Assembly: GCA_937927875.1 (NCBI GenBank)
Contig: CALEYV010000107.1
Location: forward strand, 178 to 64,177
DNA: 64,000 bases
Direction: 5' to 3'
Source of the DNA: an uncultured Actinomycetes bacterium
Lineage (GTDB): Bacteria > Actinomycetota > Acidimicrobiia > IMCC26256 > PALSA-555
Shown here: positions 1 through 9,858 of the stretch, piece by piece
Layout of the letters: each line of letters starts with the position of its first letter
How positions within the stretch are numbered: position 1 is the stretch's first letter
Notes under the pieces: model-generated
Seen by the model: only the letters and a program-made list of their open reading frames with translations
What the model was told of the DNA's origin: nothing
The model's database searches: none
Program-made: the position numbers and the translations under genes

Positions 1-1
1 C

Positions 2-1240
2 GGCGGGGGCGAGTACGGGCGGACGCCGATGACCCGCACCGGCGCCGGCTCGGTGCTGCTCGGCGACACGCCGGCCGACCAGACGGTGTGGATGAGCCAC
101 GGCGACGCCATCACCGGCGTCCCCGCTGGAGCCAGCGTCACCGCGACGACGCCCGGGGCGGCGGTGGCGGCGTTCGAGGACCGGGACCGCGCCCTCTACG
201 CGACGCAGTTCCACCCCGAGGTGATGCACACCGAGCGGGGCACCGAGCTGCTCCGCGCCTTCCTCTTCGAGGTCTGCGGGTGCCGACCGACGTGGACCCA
301 CACGTCGATCATCGACGAGGCGGTGGCGGCGATCCGGGCCCAGGTCGGCGACGCCCGGGTCGTCTGCGGCCTCTCGGGCGGCGTCGACTCCGCGGTCGCG
401 GCGGCGCTGGTCCACAAGGCGATCGGCGACCAGCTCACCTGCGTCTTCGTCGACACCGGGCTGCTCCGGCTCGGCGAGGCGGAGCAGGTCGAGGAGACCT
501 TCCGCCGCCAGTTCCAGGTCGACCTCGTGCACGTGAAGGCTGCCGACCGCTTCCTCGCCGCGCTGGCCGGCGTGAGCGAGCCGGAGCGCAAGCGCAAGAT
601 CATCGGCGAGACCTTCATCCGGGTCTTCGAGGAGGTGGCCGAGGACCTCACCGACGTCCGCTTCCTCGTGCAGGGCACCCTGTACCCCGACATCGTCGAG
701 TCGGGCGGCGCCGACAACGCCACCATCAAGTCGCACCACAACGTCGGCGGCCTCCCGGCCGACATGCGCTTCGAGCTCGTCGAGCCGCTGCGCAACCTCT
801 TCAAGGACGAGGTGCGCGCGGTCGGCGAGGAGCTCGGCCTCCCCGAGGAGATCGTGTGGCGCCAGCCGTTCCCCGGGCCGGGCCTGGCGGTCCGCATCAT
901 CGGCGAGGTGACGCCCGAGCGCCTCGAGGCCCTGCGCCGGGCCGACGACGTCGTCACCGAGGAGGTTCGGCGGGCGGGCCTGTATCGTGACCTTTGGCAG
1001 AGCTTCGCGGTGCTGCCGGCCGTACGCACCGTGGGCGTCATGGGCGACGACCGCACCTACGAGTACCCGATCGTGGTGCGGGCGGTGACCTCGGAGGACG
1101 CGATGACGGCCGACTGGGCTCGACTTCCGCACGACCTGCTCGAGCGCATCGCGTCCCGGATCATCAACGAGGTCCCGGGCGTGAACCGCGTCGCCTACGA
1201 CATCACCAGCAAGCCGCCCGGCACGATCGAGTGGGAGTGA
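2..1240 (+). CDS. guaA: GMP synthase (glutamine-hydrolysing), 5' end cut by window edge
   Basis: Frame is open from base 2. GATase tail motifs VWMSHGD and QFHPEV, PP-loop SGGVDS, C-terminal end PGTIEWE, stop at 1238-1240. Confidence 0.95.
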   Translation, partial: GGGEYGRTPMTRTGAGSVLLGDTPADQTVWMSHGDAITGVPAGASVTATTPGAAVAAFEDRDRALYATQFHPEVMHTERGTELLRAFLFEVCGCRPTWTHTSIIDEAVAAIRAQVGDARVVCGLSGGVDSAVAAALVHKAIGDQLTCVFVDTGLLRLGEAEQVEETFRRQFQVDLVHVKAADRFLAALAGVSEPERKRKIIGETFIRVFEEVAEDLTDVRFLVQGTLYPDIVESGGADNATIKSHHNVGGLPADMRFELVEPLRNLFKDEVRAVGEELGLPEEIVWRQPFPGPGLAVRIIGEVTPERLEALRRADDVVTEEVRRAGLYRDLWQSFAVLPAVRTVGVMGDDRTYEYPIVVRAVTSEDAMTADWARLPHDLLERIASRIINEVPGVNRVAYDITSKPPGTIEWE

Positions 1241-1245
1241 CCCCG

Positions 1246-2271
1246 ATGGACCACAAGAACCTCGAGACGACCGCCCAGGCCCTCGTCGCCCCCGGCAAGG
1301 GGATCCTCGCCGCCGACGAGAGCTCCGGCACGATCAAGAAGCGCTTCGACAAGATCGGCGTCGAGTCGACCGAGGCCAACCGCCGCGCGTACCGGGACCT
1401 GCTGTTCACCGCCGACGGCATCGGCGACTCCATCAGCGGCGTCATCCTCTTCGACGAGACGATCCGCCAGTCCTCCCTCGAGGGCGACGTGGCCTTCCCG
1501 AAGGTCCTCGAGAGCCAGGGCGTCATCCCCGGGATCAAGGTCGACACCGGCGCCAAGCCGCTGGCCCTGGCCGCCGAGGGGGAGACGATCACCGAGGGCC
1601 TCGACGGGCTGCGCGACCGGCTCGCCGAGTACCGGGGCCTGGGCGCCCGGTTCGCGAAGTGGCGGGCCACGTACACGATCACCGACGAGCTCCCGTCGCC
1701 GTACGCCATCGACGTGAACGCCGATGCGCTGGCCCGCTACGCGGCGCTCTGCCAGGAGGCCGGCATCGTCCCGATCGTCGAGCCCGAGGTGATGATGGAG
1801 GGCGACCACACCATCGAGCGGTCCCGGGTCGTCACCGGCAACGTGCTCCAGGCCCTCTACGACGCGCTGCACGAGCAGCGCCTCCACCTGCCCGGCACGC
1901 TGCTCAAGCCCAACATGGTGCTCTCCGGCTACGACGCCCGGGTCCAGGCGTCGGTCGACGAGGTCGCCGACCAGACCGTGGCCTGCTTCCGGGAGCACGT
2001 CCCGGCCGCGGTGCCCGGCATCGTGTTCCTGTCCGGCGGCCAGAGCGACGAGGACGCGACCGCGCACCTCAACGCCATGAACCAACGCGGGCCGCACCCG
2101 TGGCAGCTCAGCTTCTCGTACGGGCGCGCCCTGCAGGCCGCCGCCCAGCAGGCGTGGCGCGGCGACGACGCCAACCGGGCCGCCGCCCAGCAGGCGTTCC
2201 TCCAGCGGGCCCGCCTGAACAGCCTGGCCCGGTCGGGGAAGTACTCGAGCGACATGGAGCGCGCCGCGTAG
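1246..2271 (+). CDS. fba: Fructose-bisphosphate aldolase, class I (Schiff-base, eukaryote-type family)
   Basis: ATG at 1246, 5 nt after the guaA stop. Motifs GILAADESSGT, VILFDET, LLKPNMV (catalytic Lys context), FLSGGQS, SFSYGRALQ. Confidence 0.93.
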   Translation: MDHKNLETTAQALVAPGKGILAADESSGTIKKRFDKIGVESTEANRRAYRDLLFTADGIGDSISGVILFDETIRQSSLEGDVAFPKVLESQGVIPGIKVDTGAKPLALAAEGETITEGLDGLRDRLAEYRGLGARFAKWRATYTITDELPSPYAIDVNADALARYAALCQEAGIVPIVEPEVMMEGDHTIERSRVVTGNVLQALYDALHEQRLHLPGTLLKPNMVLSGYDARVQASVDEVADQTVACFREHVPAAVPGIVFLSGGQSDEDATAHLNAMNQRGPHPWQLSFSYGRALQAAAQQAWRGDDANRAAAQQAFLQRARLNSLARSGKYSSDMERAA

Positions 2272-2307
2272 GTCGGGCGGGCGTCCGCTTGCGTCGGCGG
2301 AGCCGCG

Positions 2308-2745
2308 GTGCGGGCACTCGTCCAGCGGGTCAGCGAGGCTCGGGTTCGCATCGACGGCGCCGTGGTCGGCGAGATCGGGCTCGGGCTGTGCGTGCTCGTC
2401 GGCGTGACCCACGGCGACGACGAGGCGACGGCCGGTCGGCTGGCCGACAAGGTCTGGAACCTGCGGGTCTTCCCGGACGGGGAGGCGTCGATGCAGCGCT
2501 CGCTCGCCGACACCGGCGGCGGCGCCCTCGTCGTCAGCCAGTTCACCCTCTACGGGGACACCCGCCGGGGCCGGCGGCCCTCGTGGACGGCCGCCGCGCC
2601 GCCCGAGGTCGCCGAGCCGCTCGTCGACGCCTTCACGGCCGCGCTCGCTGCCCTCGGCGCCCCGGTGGCCAGCGGCCGCTTCGGCGCGCACATGGCGGTC
2701 GAGATCGTCAACGACGGCCCGGTCACGCTGCTCCTCGAGGCCTGA
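2308..2745 (+). CDS. dtd: D-aminoacyl-tRNA deacylase
   Basis: 145 aa. GTG start preceded by GGAG. Motifs [33 protein letters not shown]. Confidence 0.92.
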   Translation: MRALVQRVSEARVRIDGAVVGEIGLGLCVLVGVTHGDDEATAGRLADKVWNLRVFPDGEASMQRSLADTGGGALVVSQFTLYGDTRRGRRPSWTAAAPPEVAEPLVDAFTAALAALGAPVASGRFGAHMAVEIVNDGPVTLLLEA

Positions 2746-2808
2746 CCTTCACGATCCCCTGATGGTCGGCTCAGCATCCGCTCAGGAGGGCGGGCGCACC
2801 ATGTCCTC

Positions 2809-3036
2809 GTGCCCACCGACGACCGCACCGAGGAGCTCCGCACCGCGCTCGACACCTGGGTGGTCGACCGCGGCCGGCGACGGTTCCGCCGGGTCCCGGG
2901 TGGCACCGATCCCGCCGACCCGCGCCTGCCCGCGGGGTGGGTCCCGTACCACGGGTCCTGGCGCGACCCGCGCACCGGCGCGCTGACCCTGATGCTCGAC
3001 CCGACCGGCACCCGGCTGCTGCGCATCGCGCCGTGA
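2809..3036 (+). CDS. Small hypothetical protein (75 aa)
   Basis: GTG-initiated ORF with strong third-position G/C bias in an otherwise empty 340-bp gap. No recognisable domain. Confidence 0.4.
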   Translation: MPTDDRTEELRTALDTWVVDRGRRRFRRVPGGTDPADPRLPAGWVPYHGSWRDPRTGALTLMLDPTGTRLLRIAP

Positions 3037-3082
3037 CCGCAAGAGCCGGGGCGCAGAGGCGCGCCGGTACCATGGCGCGGTC

Positions 3083-5401
3083 ATGCCCGACACCGAAGCG
3101 CCGGTCGCGCCGGCGGCCGCCCCGGATGTCGAGGCGCTCCTCGCCGGCCTGAACCCGGTCCAGCGCGAGGCCGCCACCGCCCCCGACGGTCCGCTGCTCA
3201 TCGTCGCCGGCGCCGGGTCCGGCAAGACCCGGGTCCTCACCCATCGGATCGCCTACCTGATCGCGACCCAGCGCGTCTCGCCGTTCGGCCTGCTCGCCAT
3301 CACCTTCACGAACAAGGCGGCCGGGGAGATGAAGGAGCGGGTGGCCAGCCTCATCGGCCCCGTGGCGCACCGCATGTGGGTCTCGACCTTCCACTCCGCC
3401 TGCGCCCGCATCCTCCGGCGGGAGGCGGCCCGGGTCGGGCTGCGCTCCTCGTTCAGCATCTACGACCAGGGCGACGCGGTGCGGCTCACCGACTACGTGC
3501 GCCGGGACCTGAACCTCGACCCGAAGCGCTTCCCGCCCCGCCAGCTGCACGCCCGGATCTCGGCCTACAAGAACGACCTCGTCACCCCCGACGAGGTGCT
3601 CGAGGCCGCCGAGACGAAGGCCGAGCAGCGCTACGGCGAGGTCTACCGCGAGTACCAGCGGCGCCTCCTCGAGGCCTCCGCGGTCGACTTCGACGACCTC
3701 CTGCTGCTCGCGGTGCGGCTCTTCCGCGACCACCCCGACGCGCTGGCCCGGTGGCGGCACCGGTTCGCCTACGTGCTCGTCGACGAGTTCCAGGACACCA
3801 ACCTGGCCCAGTGGGAGCTGGTGCGGCTGCTCGCCACCGAGCACCGCAACGTGATGGTGGTCGGCGACGCCGACCAGGCCGTGTACGCGTTCCGGGGCGC
3901 CGACTACCGCAACCTGCTGCGGTTTGAGGAGGAGTTCCCGGATGCGACGGTGATCGTCCTCGAGCAGAACTACCGGTCGACCCAGGCCATCCTCGACGCC
4001 GCCAACGCGGTGATCGCCAACAACGCCGCCCGCCGCCCCAAGCACCTGTGGACGGAGCAGGTCGGCGGCGAGCTCCTCACGCAGTACCAGGCCGAGGACG
4101 AGCACGACGAGGCCGCCTTCTGCGTCCACGAGATGCAGCGGCTCGCCGACGCCGACGGATACCGGTTCAGCGACCTCGCGGTCTTCTATCGCACCAACGC
4201 GCAGAGCCGCGTCCTCGAGGAGACGCTCGTGCGCGCCGGCGTGCCGTACCGGGTGGTCGGCGGCGTGAAGTTCTACGACCGCCGGGAGATCAAGGACGCG
4301 CTCGCCTACGTGCGGGCGCTCGTGAACCCCGACGACGAGGTGTCGTGGAAGCGAATCGTGAACGTCCCCAAGCGCGGCGTCGGCGACACCTCGGTCGGCA
4401 AGGTCGACGCGCACGCCCGCCGGGCCGGGCTGACGTTCCGTGACTCACTTCGCGAGGCCGCCGTCGCCGGGGTGGCCGGCAAGGCGGTCGCCGGCATCCA
4501 GGACCTGCTCACGCTCATGACGCTCTTCGAGCAGGCGTCGGCGGGCGGCGTCGCGCGCACGGTGGAGGCCATCCTCGAGCACTCCGGCTACCTCGCCGAG
4601 CTGGAGTCCGAGCGGTCGATCGAGGCGCAGGGACGGATCGAGAACCTGGCCGAGCTGGTCGGCGTGTGCCGCGAGTTCGACGACGCGCTCGACGTCGGCA
4701 ACCTGAGCGGACTGCCCGCCATCGCCGGCGTCGGCACCGCGGGCGACGACGGGACGCCCGCCGCGCCGCCGACCGGCGTGGCGCGCCTGGCGGCCTTCCT
4801 CGAGGCGGTGTCACTCGTGACCGACCTCGAGATGGCCGAGGGGGAGGACGAGGACCACAGCGCGGTGACGCTCATGACCCTGCACGCGGCGAAGGGGCTC
4901 GAGTTCCCGGTCGTGTTCATCACCGGGCTCGAGGACGGCGTGTTCCCGCACCTGCGCAGCCTCGGCGAGCCCGAGGCGCTCGAGGAGGAGCGGCGGCTCT
5001 GCTACGTCGGGATCACCCGGGCCCGGGAGCGGCTCTATCTCTGCCACGCGTGGCGGCGCACCCTCTACGGGGCGACCGACTACTACTCGGCCAGCCGGTT
5101 CCTCAGCGAGATCCCCGATGAGTTGGTGCACGCCATCGGCATGGAGCGCACGCGCGGCGAGGGCCCCGAAGCCCACCGGGAGGCCGTCGTCGACGCGGCG
5201 CTGCGCGCCGGCTCGACGTCCAAGCCGGCGATGCCAGCGATCCGGGTCGGCGACGACGTCGTGCACGAGACCTTCGGCGAGGGGGTCGTCCTCGACGTCG
5301 AGGGCGGCGGCGATTCGGCGGAGGCGGTGGTGCGGTTCCGGGACGTGGGCGAGAAGCGGCTGCTGCTGGCGTGGGCGCCGCTGCGCCGGCTCTCGGCCTG
5401 A
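3083..5401 (+). CDS. pcrA: ATP-dependent DNA helicase, UvrD/PcrA family
   Basis: 772 aa. Walker A AGAGSGKT, DEFQDT (motif II), VGDADQAVYAFRGA, TLHAAKGLEF, YVGITRA. Confidence 0.95.
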   Translation: MPDTEAPVAPAAAPDVEALLAGLNPVQREAATAPDGPLLIVAGAGSGKTRVLTHRIAYLIATQRVSPFGLLAITFTNKAAGEMKERVASLIGPVAHRMWVSTFHSACARILRREAARVGLRSSFSIYDQGDAVRLTDYVRRDLNLDPKRFPPRQLHARISAYKNDLVTPDEVLEAAETKAEQRYGEVYREYQRRLLEASAVDFDDLLLLAVRLFRDHPDALARWRHRFAYVLVDEFQDTNLAQWELVRLLATEHRNVMVVGDADQAVYAFRGADYRNLLRFEEEFPDATVIVLEQNYRSTQAILDAANAVIANNAARRPKHLWTEQVGGELLTQYQAEDEHDEAAFCVHEMQRLADADGYRFSDLAVFYRTNAQSRVLEETLVRAGVPYRVVGGVKFYDRREIKDALAYVRALVNPDDEVSWKRIVNVPKRGVGDTSVGKVDAHARRAGLTFRDSLREAAVAGVAGKAVAGIQDLLTLMTLFEQASAGGVARTVEAILEHSGYLAELESERSIEAQGRIENLAELVGVCREFDDALDVGNLSGLPAIAGVGTAGDDGTPAAPPTGVARLAAFLEAVSLVTDLEMAEGEDEDHSAVTLMTLHAAKGLEFPVVFITGLEDGVFPHLRSLGEPEALEEERRLCYVGITRARERLYLCHAWRRTLYGATDYYSASRFLSEIPDELVHAIGMERTRGEGPEAHREAVVDAALRAGSTSKPAMPAIRVGDDVVHETFGEGVVLDVEGGGDSAEAVVRFRDVGEKRLLLAWAPLRRLSA

Positions 5402-5402
5402 G

Positions 5403-5918
5403 TCAGGGGACCGGCAGCGGCTCCGGCGCCAGGACGACGTGGCGGAAGTCGACGATCACGCCGCCCGCCTCCGCGCCGAGCTGCGGGAACGTGAGCCGGT
5501 AGCGGTCGAGCTCCAGCGGCCGGAGCTGGTGGTCGTGGCAGTCGAAGTAGCCGCGGCGCAGGTTCCGCCAGGCGACGACGCACGACTTCGTGTCCGGTCG
5601 GCGCGCGATCAGCGCCACGAGCTGGTTGTTCTCGAGGTCGAAGTAGAAGCCGGTCCCGCCGAAGGGGTGCGCGAAGTAGCTCGGCTGGCGGTCCTGCTTG
5701 ATCCGGTCGACGATCGAGCGCTTGAGGCCGAAGTAGACGGCCCCCGTCTTCGGGGTGGCCTGCCCGCCGCCGGTCGCGAAGAAGAGCGCGGCCGCGAAGA
5801 TCAAGCCCGCGACGACGACGAGGGTGCCGCTCACGAGCAGCAGCCGCCGGTCCGAGGGTGCGGGGGGCACCGGCCTTGGGTACCTGCCGGGGCTGGCCGG
5901 GTCCAGTCGGGGCTGCAT
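5403..5918 (-). CDS. Hypothetical membrane-anchored protein
   Basis: 171 aa. One N-terminal TM helix ([22 protein letters not shown]) followed by a Cys-containing soluble domain. Good codon bias. Start uncertain. Confidence 0.6.
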   Translation of the reverse strand: MQPRLDPASPGRYPRPVPPAPSDRRLLLVSGTLVVVAGLIFAAALFFATGGGQATPKTGAVYFGLKRSIVDRIKQDRQPSYFAHPFGGTGFYFDLENNQLVALIARRPDTKSCVVAWRNLRRGYFDCHDHQLRPLELDRYRLTFPQLGAEAGGVIVDFRHVVLAPEPLPVP

Positions 5919-5962
5919 ACGCTGGGCGGCCCCCGCCAGCCGGTGCGACCCCGAGGAACCCG

Positions 5963-6379
5963 ATGCAGCGGCCCTATCGCGTCATCATCGCCAAGCCCGG
6001 CCTCGACGGGCACGACCGCGGCGCCAAGGTGATCGCGCGCGCCCTGCGCGACGCCGGCTTCGAGGTCATCTACACCGGCCTGTTCCAGACCCCCGACCAG
6101 GTCGCGGAGGCGGCGCTGCAGGAGGACGCCGACGCGGTCGGCCTCTCCGTCCTGTCCGGCGCCCACCTGACGCTGTTTCCCCGCGTCGTCGCCCTGCTCG
6201 AGGAGCGCGGCCGCGGCGACGTCCTCGTCTTCGGCGGGGGGATCATCCCGGCCGAGGATGTGCCGGTGCTCGAGGCGGCCGGGGTCGCCCGCGTGTTCAC
6301 GCCCGGGGCGTCACTCGGCGACATCACCGGCTGGCTGGAGGACGCGCTCGACGCGCGCGAAGCCGCGGTGGCGGGCTGA
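5963..6379 (+). CDS. Cobalamin (B12)-binding domain protein, methylmalonyl-CoA-mutase-type small subunit
   Basis: 138 aa from the ATG at 5963. Canonical DxHxxG motif in [12 protein letters not shown], followed by GLSVLSG and GGGIIP. Confidence 0.85.
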   Translation: MQRPYRVIIAKPGLDGHDRGAKVIARALRDAGFEVIYTGLFQTPDQVAEAALQEDADAVGLSVLSGAHLTLFPRVVALLEERGRGDVLVFGGGIIPAEDVPVLEAAGVARVFTPGASLGDITGWLEDALDAREAAVAG

Positions 6380-6409
6380 GGCAGGCACCCGGCCGGACCA
6401 GGAGTCGCA

Positions 6410-7558
6410 GTGGACCTCTTCGAGTACCAAGGCAAACAGCTCTTCGCGGGGTACGGCATCCCCGTGTCGCCCGGCGGCGCCGCCGAGACCGTCGACGAGG
6501 CCGTCGCCGTCGCCGACCGCATCGGCTACCCGGTCGTCGTGAAGGCCCAGGTGCACGTGGGCGGGCGCGGCAAGGCGGGCGGCATCCAGTTGGCCGCCGA
6601 CGTCGACGAGTGCCGCCGCCACGCCGCAGCGATCCTGGGCATGACGATCAAGGGCCACGTGGTGGGCCTGGTGTGGATCGAGCAGGCGAGCGACATCGCC
6701 CGCGAGTACTACGCGTCGTTCACGCTCGACCGGTCGGCCAAGACGCACCTCGGCCTGCTCTCGGCCCAGGGCGGCATCGACATCGAGGAGGTGGCGGCGA
6801 CCAGCCCCGACGCCATCGCCCGCATCCACGTCGACCCCGTCGAGGGCCTCACCCCCGCCCGGTGCGAAGCGTGGGTCGACGAGGCCCGGCTCGACCCCGA
6901 GGCCCGCGCCGACACCGTCGAGATCCTCCACCAGCTGTGGCGGTGCTACGAGGAGGCCGACGCCGACCTCGTCGAGGTCAACCCGCTGATCCTCACCACC
7001 GACGGGGTCGTGCGGGCGCTGGACGCCAAGGTCACCCTCGACGGCAACGCGGTGTTCCGCCACCCCGACTACCAGGAGTACGAGGAGACCCAGCCTCGCG
7101 ACGCCCGCGAGCAGGAGGCGTTCCACAAGGGCCTCCAGTACGTCGGGCTCGACGGCACGGTCGGCGTCATCGCCAACGGCGCCGGGCTCGCCATGAGCAC
7201 CGTCGACGTCGTGAACGAGGTCGGCGGCCAGCCGGCCAACTTCCTCGACATCGGCGGCGGCGCCAACGCCGACGTCATGGCGGGGGCGCTCGAGGTCATC
7301 AACCACGACCCGAAGGTCCACGCCATCCTCATCAACATCTTCGGCGGGATCACGAAGGGCGAGGAGGTCGCGACCGGCATCGTGCAGGCCCTGGAGCGGG
7401 TGACCATCGAATCGCCGATCGTGATCCGCCTCGACGGGACGAACGCCGACCAGGGCCGGGCGATCCTGCAGCCGCACCTCTCGGACCGGCTCCGGCTCGA
7501 GCCGACGATGCTCGACGCGGCCCGGACCGCCGTGCAGCTGGCCGGGAAGGCCGGGTGA
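6410..7558 (+). CDS. sucC: Succinate--CoA ligase (ADP-forming) beta subunit
   Basis: 382 aa. MDLFEYQGKQLF, ATP-grasp region, NIFGGIT. Confidence 0.95.
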   Translation: MDLFEYQGKQLFAGYGIPVSPGGAAETVDEAVAVADRIGYPVVVKAQVHVGGRGKAGGIQLAADVDECRRHAAAILGMTIKGHVVGLVWIEQASDIAREYYASFTLDRSAKTHLGLLSAQGGIDIEEVAATSPDAIARIHVDPVEGLTPARCEAWVDEARLDPEARADTVEILHQLWRCYEEADADLVEVNPLILTTDGVVRALDAKVTLDGNAVFRHPDYQEYEETQPRDAREQEAFHKGLQYVGLDGTVGVIANGAGLAMSTVDVVNEVGGQPANFLDIGGGANADVMAGALEVINHDPKVHAILINIFGGITKGEEVATGIVQALERVTIESPIVIRLDGTNADQGRAILQPHLSDRLRLEPTMLDAARTAVQLAGKAG

Positions 7559-7565
7559 GCGCGAG

Positions 7566-8450
7566 ATGAGCATCTTCGTCGACGACACCACGAAGGTCGT
7601 GTACCAGGGCCTGACCGGCTCCCAGGGCCGGTTCTACGGACGGCTCAACCGCGAGTACGGCACCCAGGTCGTGGCGGGGACGAACCCGAAGAAGGCCGGC
7701 ACCGACGTCGACGGCATCCCCGTGTTCGCGAACGTGGCCGAGGCCGTCGAGGCGACGGGCGCCAACGCGTCGTGCGTGTTCATCCCCGCGCCCGGCGTGA
7801 AGGACGCGGTGATCGACGCCGCCGCCGGTGGCGTCGAGTTCATCGTCGTGATCACCGAGGGCGTCCCGATGCACGACGAGGCCTGGTTCTTCAACGAGCT
7901 GCGCCGCGACTACCCGAACGTGCGGCTGCTCGGACCGAACTGCCCCGGGATCATCAGCCCCGGCCTTTGCAACATCGGGATCACCGCCGGCCACATCGCG
8001 AAGGCCGGCGGCCCGGTCGGGATCGTGAGCCGGTCCGGCACGCTCACCTACCAGGCCCTCTACGAGCTGGCCCAGCAGGACATCGGCGTGACGACCTGCG
8101 TCGGCATCGGTGGCGACCCGGTGCCCGGCACCAGCTTCATCGACTGCCTCGAGGCCTTCGACGCGGACCCGGACACCAAGGCCGTGATGATGATCGGGGA
8201 GATCGGCGGCTCGGCCGAGGAAGAAGCCGCCGCCTACATCAAGGCCGAGATGTCGAAGCCGGTCGTCGTCTACATCGCCGGCGTCACCGCCCCGCCGGGC
8301 AAGAAGATGGGCCACGCGGGGGCGATCGTGTCCGGCGGGAAGGGCACCGCGCAGGCCAAGATGGATGCGTTGCGGGACGCGGGTGCGAAGGTGGGCCTGA
8401 ACCCGACCGCGGCCGGCGCGCTGATGGTCGACGTGGTCGCCCAGCTCTGA
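7566..8450 (+). CDS. sucD: Succinate--CoA ligase alpha subunit
   Basis: 294 aa. [22 protein letters not shown], active-site His context [11 protein letters not shown]. Confidence 0.95.
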   Translation: MSIFVDDTTKVVYQGLTGSQGRFYGRLNREYGTQVVAGTNPKKAGTDVDGIPVFANVAEAVEATGANASCVFIPAPGVKDAVIDAAAGGVEFIVVITEGVPMHDEAWFFNELRRDYPNVRLLGPNCPGIISPGLCNIGITAGHIAKAGGPVGIVSRSGTLTYQALYELAQQDIGVTTCVGIGGDPVPGTSFIDCLEAFDADPDTKAVMMIGEIGGSAEEEAAAYIKAEMSKPVVVYIAGVTAPPGKKMGHAGAIVSGGKGTAQAKMDALRDAGAKVGLNPTAAGALMVDVVAQL

Positions 8451-8469
8451 CCCGACCCGGGGGAGTCGG

Positions 8470-8976
8470 GTGACGGGCGAGGACATGGATCGCACCGCGG
8501 CGGCCGGTGACGGGTCACCGCGACGGGACCGGGTGGCGACGTGGCTCGGCATCGGCGCGGGGCTGCTGGCCATCGTGCTCGTGGTCTTCGGGGCGCTGCG
8601 GCTCTGGAGCGCGAACGACGACAACTCGGCCGCCGACCGCACCCGGGCGCAGATCCACCGGCTCCGGCAGGCCGAGGTGGCCGCCCGACGGGTGCGCGGC
8701 CGGCTCAACGCGGCGGACGACGCACTGGCGCAGGAGGTGCAGGCGATGGCGAACACCTCGCGTCAGATCGGCGACGCCGAGAACGCGCTCACCGACGCGT
8801 TCAACGCCGCCACCAACCAGGCGAGCAACGGCGACCTCGGCGGGGCCAGGGCGGCGTACCAGGCTCAGAGCGGCGCGTTGAGCGACCTCGACACCAAGCT
8901 GGTGGGCCTCCGTCAGCACCTCGCGGCCGCGCAGCAGCGCTTGGCTGACCTCCAGCGTCTCGAGCAAAGACCGTGA
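8470..8976 (+). CDS. Hypothetical N-terminally anchored helical/coiled-coil protein
   Basis: GTG start with a GGGGGAG RBS. One TM (WLGIGAGLLAIVLVVFGAL), then an Ala/Gln/Asn-rich helical region. Confidence 0.6.
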   Translation: MTGEDMDRTAAAGDGSPRRDRVATWLGIGAGLLAIVLVVFGALRLWSANDDNSAADRTRAQIHRLRQAEVAARRVRGRLNAADDALAQEVQAMANTSRQIGDAENALTDAFNAATNQASNGDLGGARAAYQAQSGALSDLDTKLVGLRQHLAAAQQRLADLQRLEQRP

Positions 8977-9476
8977 CCGACGCGTGGACGCCCGCGCCCT
9001 CGGTCCCGTGGGTCGCGCGGACTCGGTGGCCGAGCCGACGACCGCTCACCGGCGCCGTGGTCGGGATCGTGGCGCTGATCCTCGGAATCACCATCGCGGT
9101 GCTCGGGCAACGGTCGGCCTCGAGCGCCTCGGACTCGCTCGACCGAGCCCGGCAGCAGCTCGGCGCCCAGCGGGTGGCCACGACGGCGGCGCAGCGCTGC
9201 GCCGACGCCATCGGGGCGACGCTCCCTCCCCACGTGGCGGCCGGCCAGGCGCTGCTCGGCACCGCGGCCCAGCTCGTGGCCGGCGACGCCCAGCTCATCG
9301 CCGCCACCCACGACCAGCAGCGCGCCGGCATCGCCGGCAACCAGGCCGACTACAACAGCGCGGTCAACCGCGCCAACGCCGCGGTGACCGCCGCCAACCC
9401 GCTGATCACCACCTCGAACCAACAGATCAGCGCGTTCCAGATGGGCACGCCGGCCCCGCCGGCCTCGTGCAGCTGA
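8973..9476 (+). CDS. Hypothetical N-terminally anchored helical protein (same architecture as 8470..8976)
   Basis: GTGA overlap with the upstream gene. One TM (AVVGIVALILGITIAVLG), then an Ala/Gln/Asn-rich region. Confidence 0.6.
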   Translation: MTDAWTPAPSVPWVARTRWPSRRPLTGAVVGIVALILGITIAVLGQRSASSASDSLDRARQQLGAQRVATTAAQRCADAIGATLPPHVAAGQALLGTAAQLVAGDAQLIAATHDQQRAGIAGNQADYNSAVNRANAAVTAANPLITTSNQQISAFQMGTPAPPASCS

Positions 9477-9543
9477 CGCCTCGGCGCGACCGACGTGCGG
9501 CGGCGCGCCGACGTCGGCGCCGTCGCGCGTAGGCTTCGTCGCC

Positions 9544-9858
9544 GTGACCAGCCCCACCGCGCCGCCACCGCCGCCTCCGGTCGGCTGGCAGCAGCCCTAC
9601 CAGGCGCAGCCGCGAGCGAGCACCTCCGGCTTCGCGGTCGCCTCGCTCGTCCTCGGGCTCGCGTTCTGCACCGGCGTCTTCGGCGGCATCCTCGCCGTCG
9701 TGTTCGGCAACCTCGCCTTGTCCCGGATCGACGCGTCGCAGGGAACGATGAAAGGACGCGGCCTGGCCATCGCCGGCATCGTGCTGGGCTGGATCTGGAT
9801 CGCCCTGACCGCGGTCGCCGCCGCGGCGTGGCTGGCCTACGGGATCAGCAACCTGTAG
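9544..9858 (+). CDS. DUF4190-type small membrane protein
   Basis: Pro-rich N-terminus, then two TM helices with the typical pattern GFAVASLVLG...GRGLAIAGIVLGWIWIAL. Confidence 0.7.
   Translation: MTSPTAPPPPPPVGWQQPYQAQPRASTSGFAVASLVLGLAFCTGVFGGILAVVFGNLALSRIDASQGTMKGRGLAIAGIVLGWIWIALTAVAAAAWLAYGISNL

Noticed and set aside
1195-7591. Long antisense or off-frame ORFs over fba, dtd, pcrA and sucC (for example 1195..2691 -, 2771..4414 -, 5755..7569 +, 6311..7591 -)
   Set aside because: Same reasoning: the overlapped genes are unambiguous core enzymes, and the alternative ORFs show shadow-frame composition.
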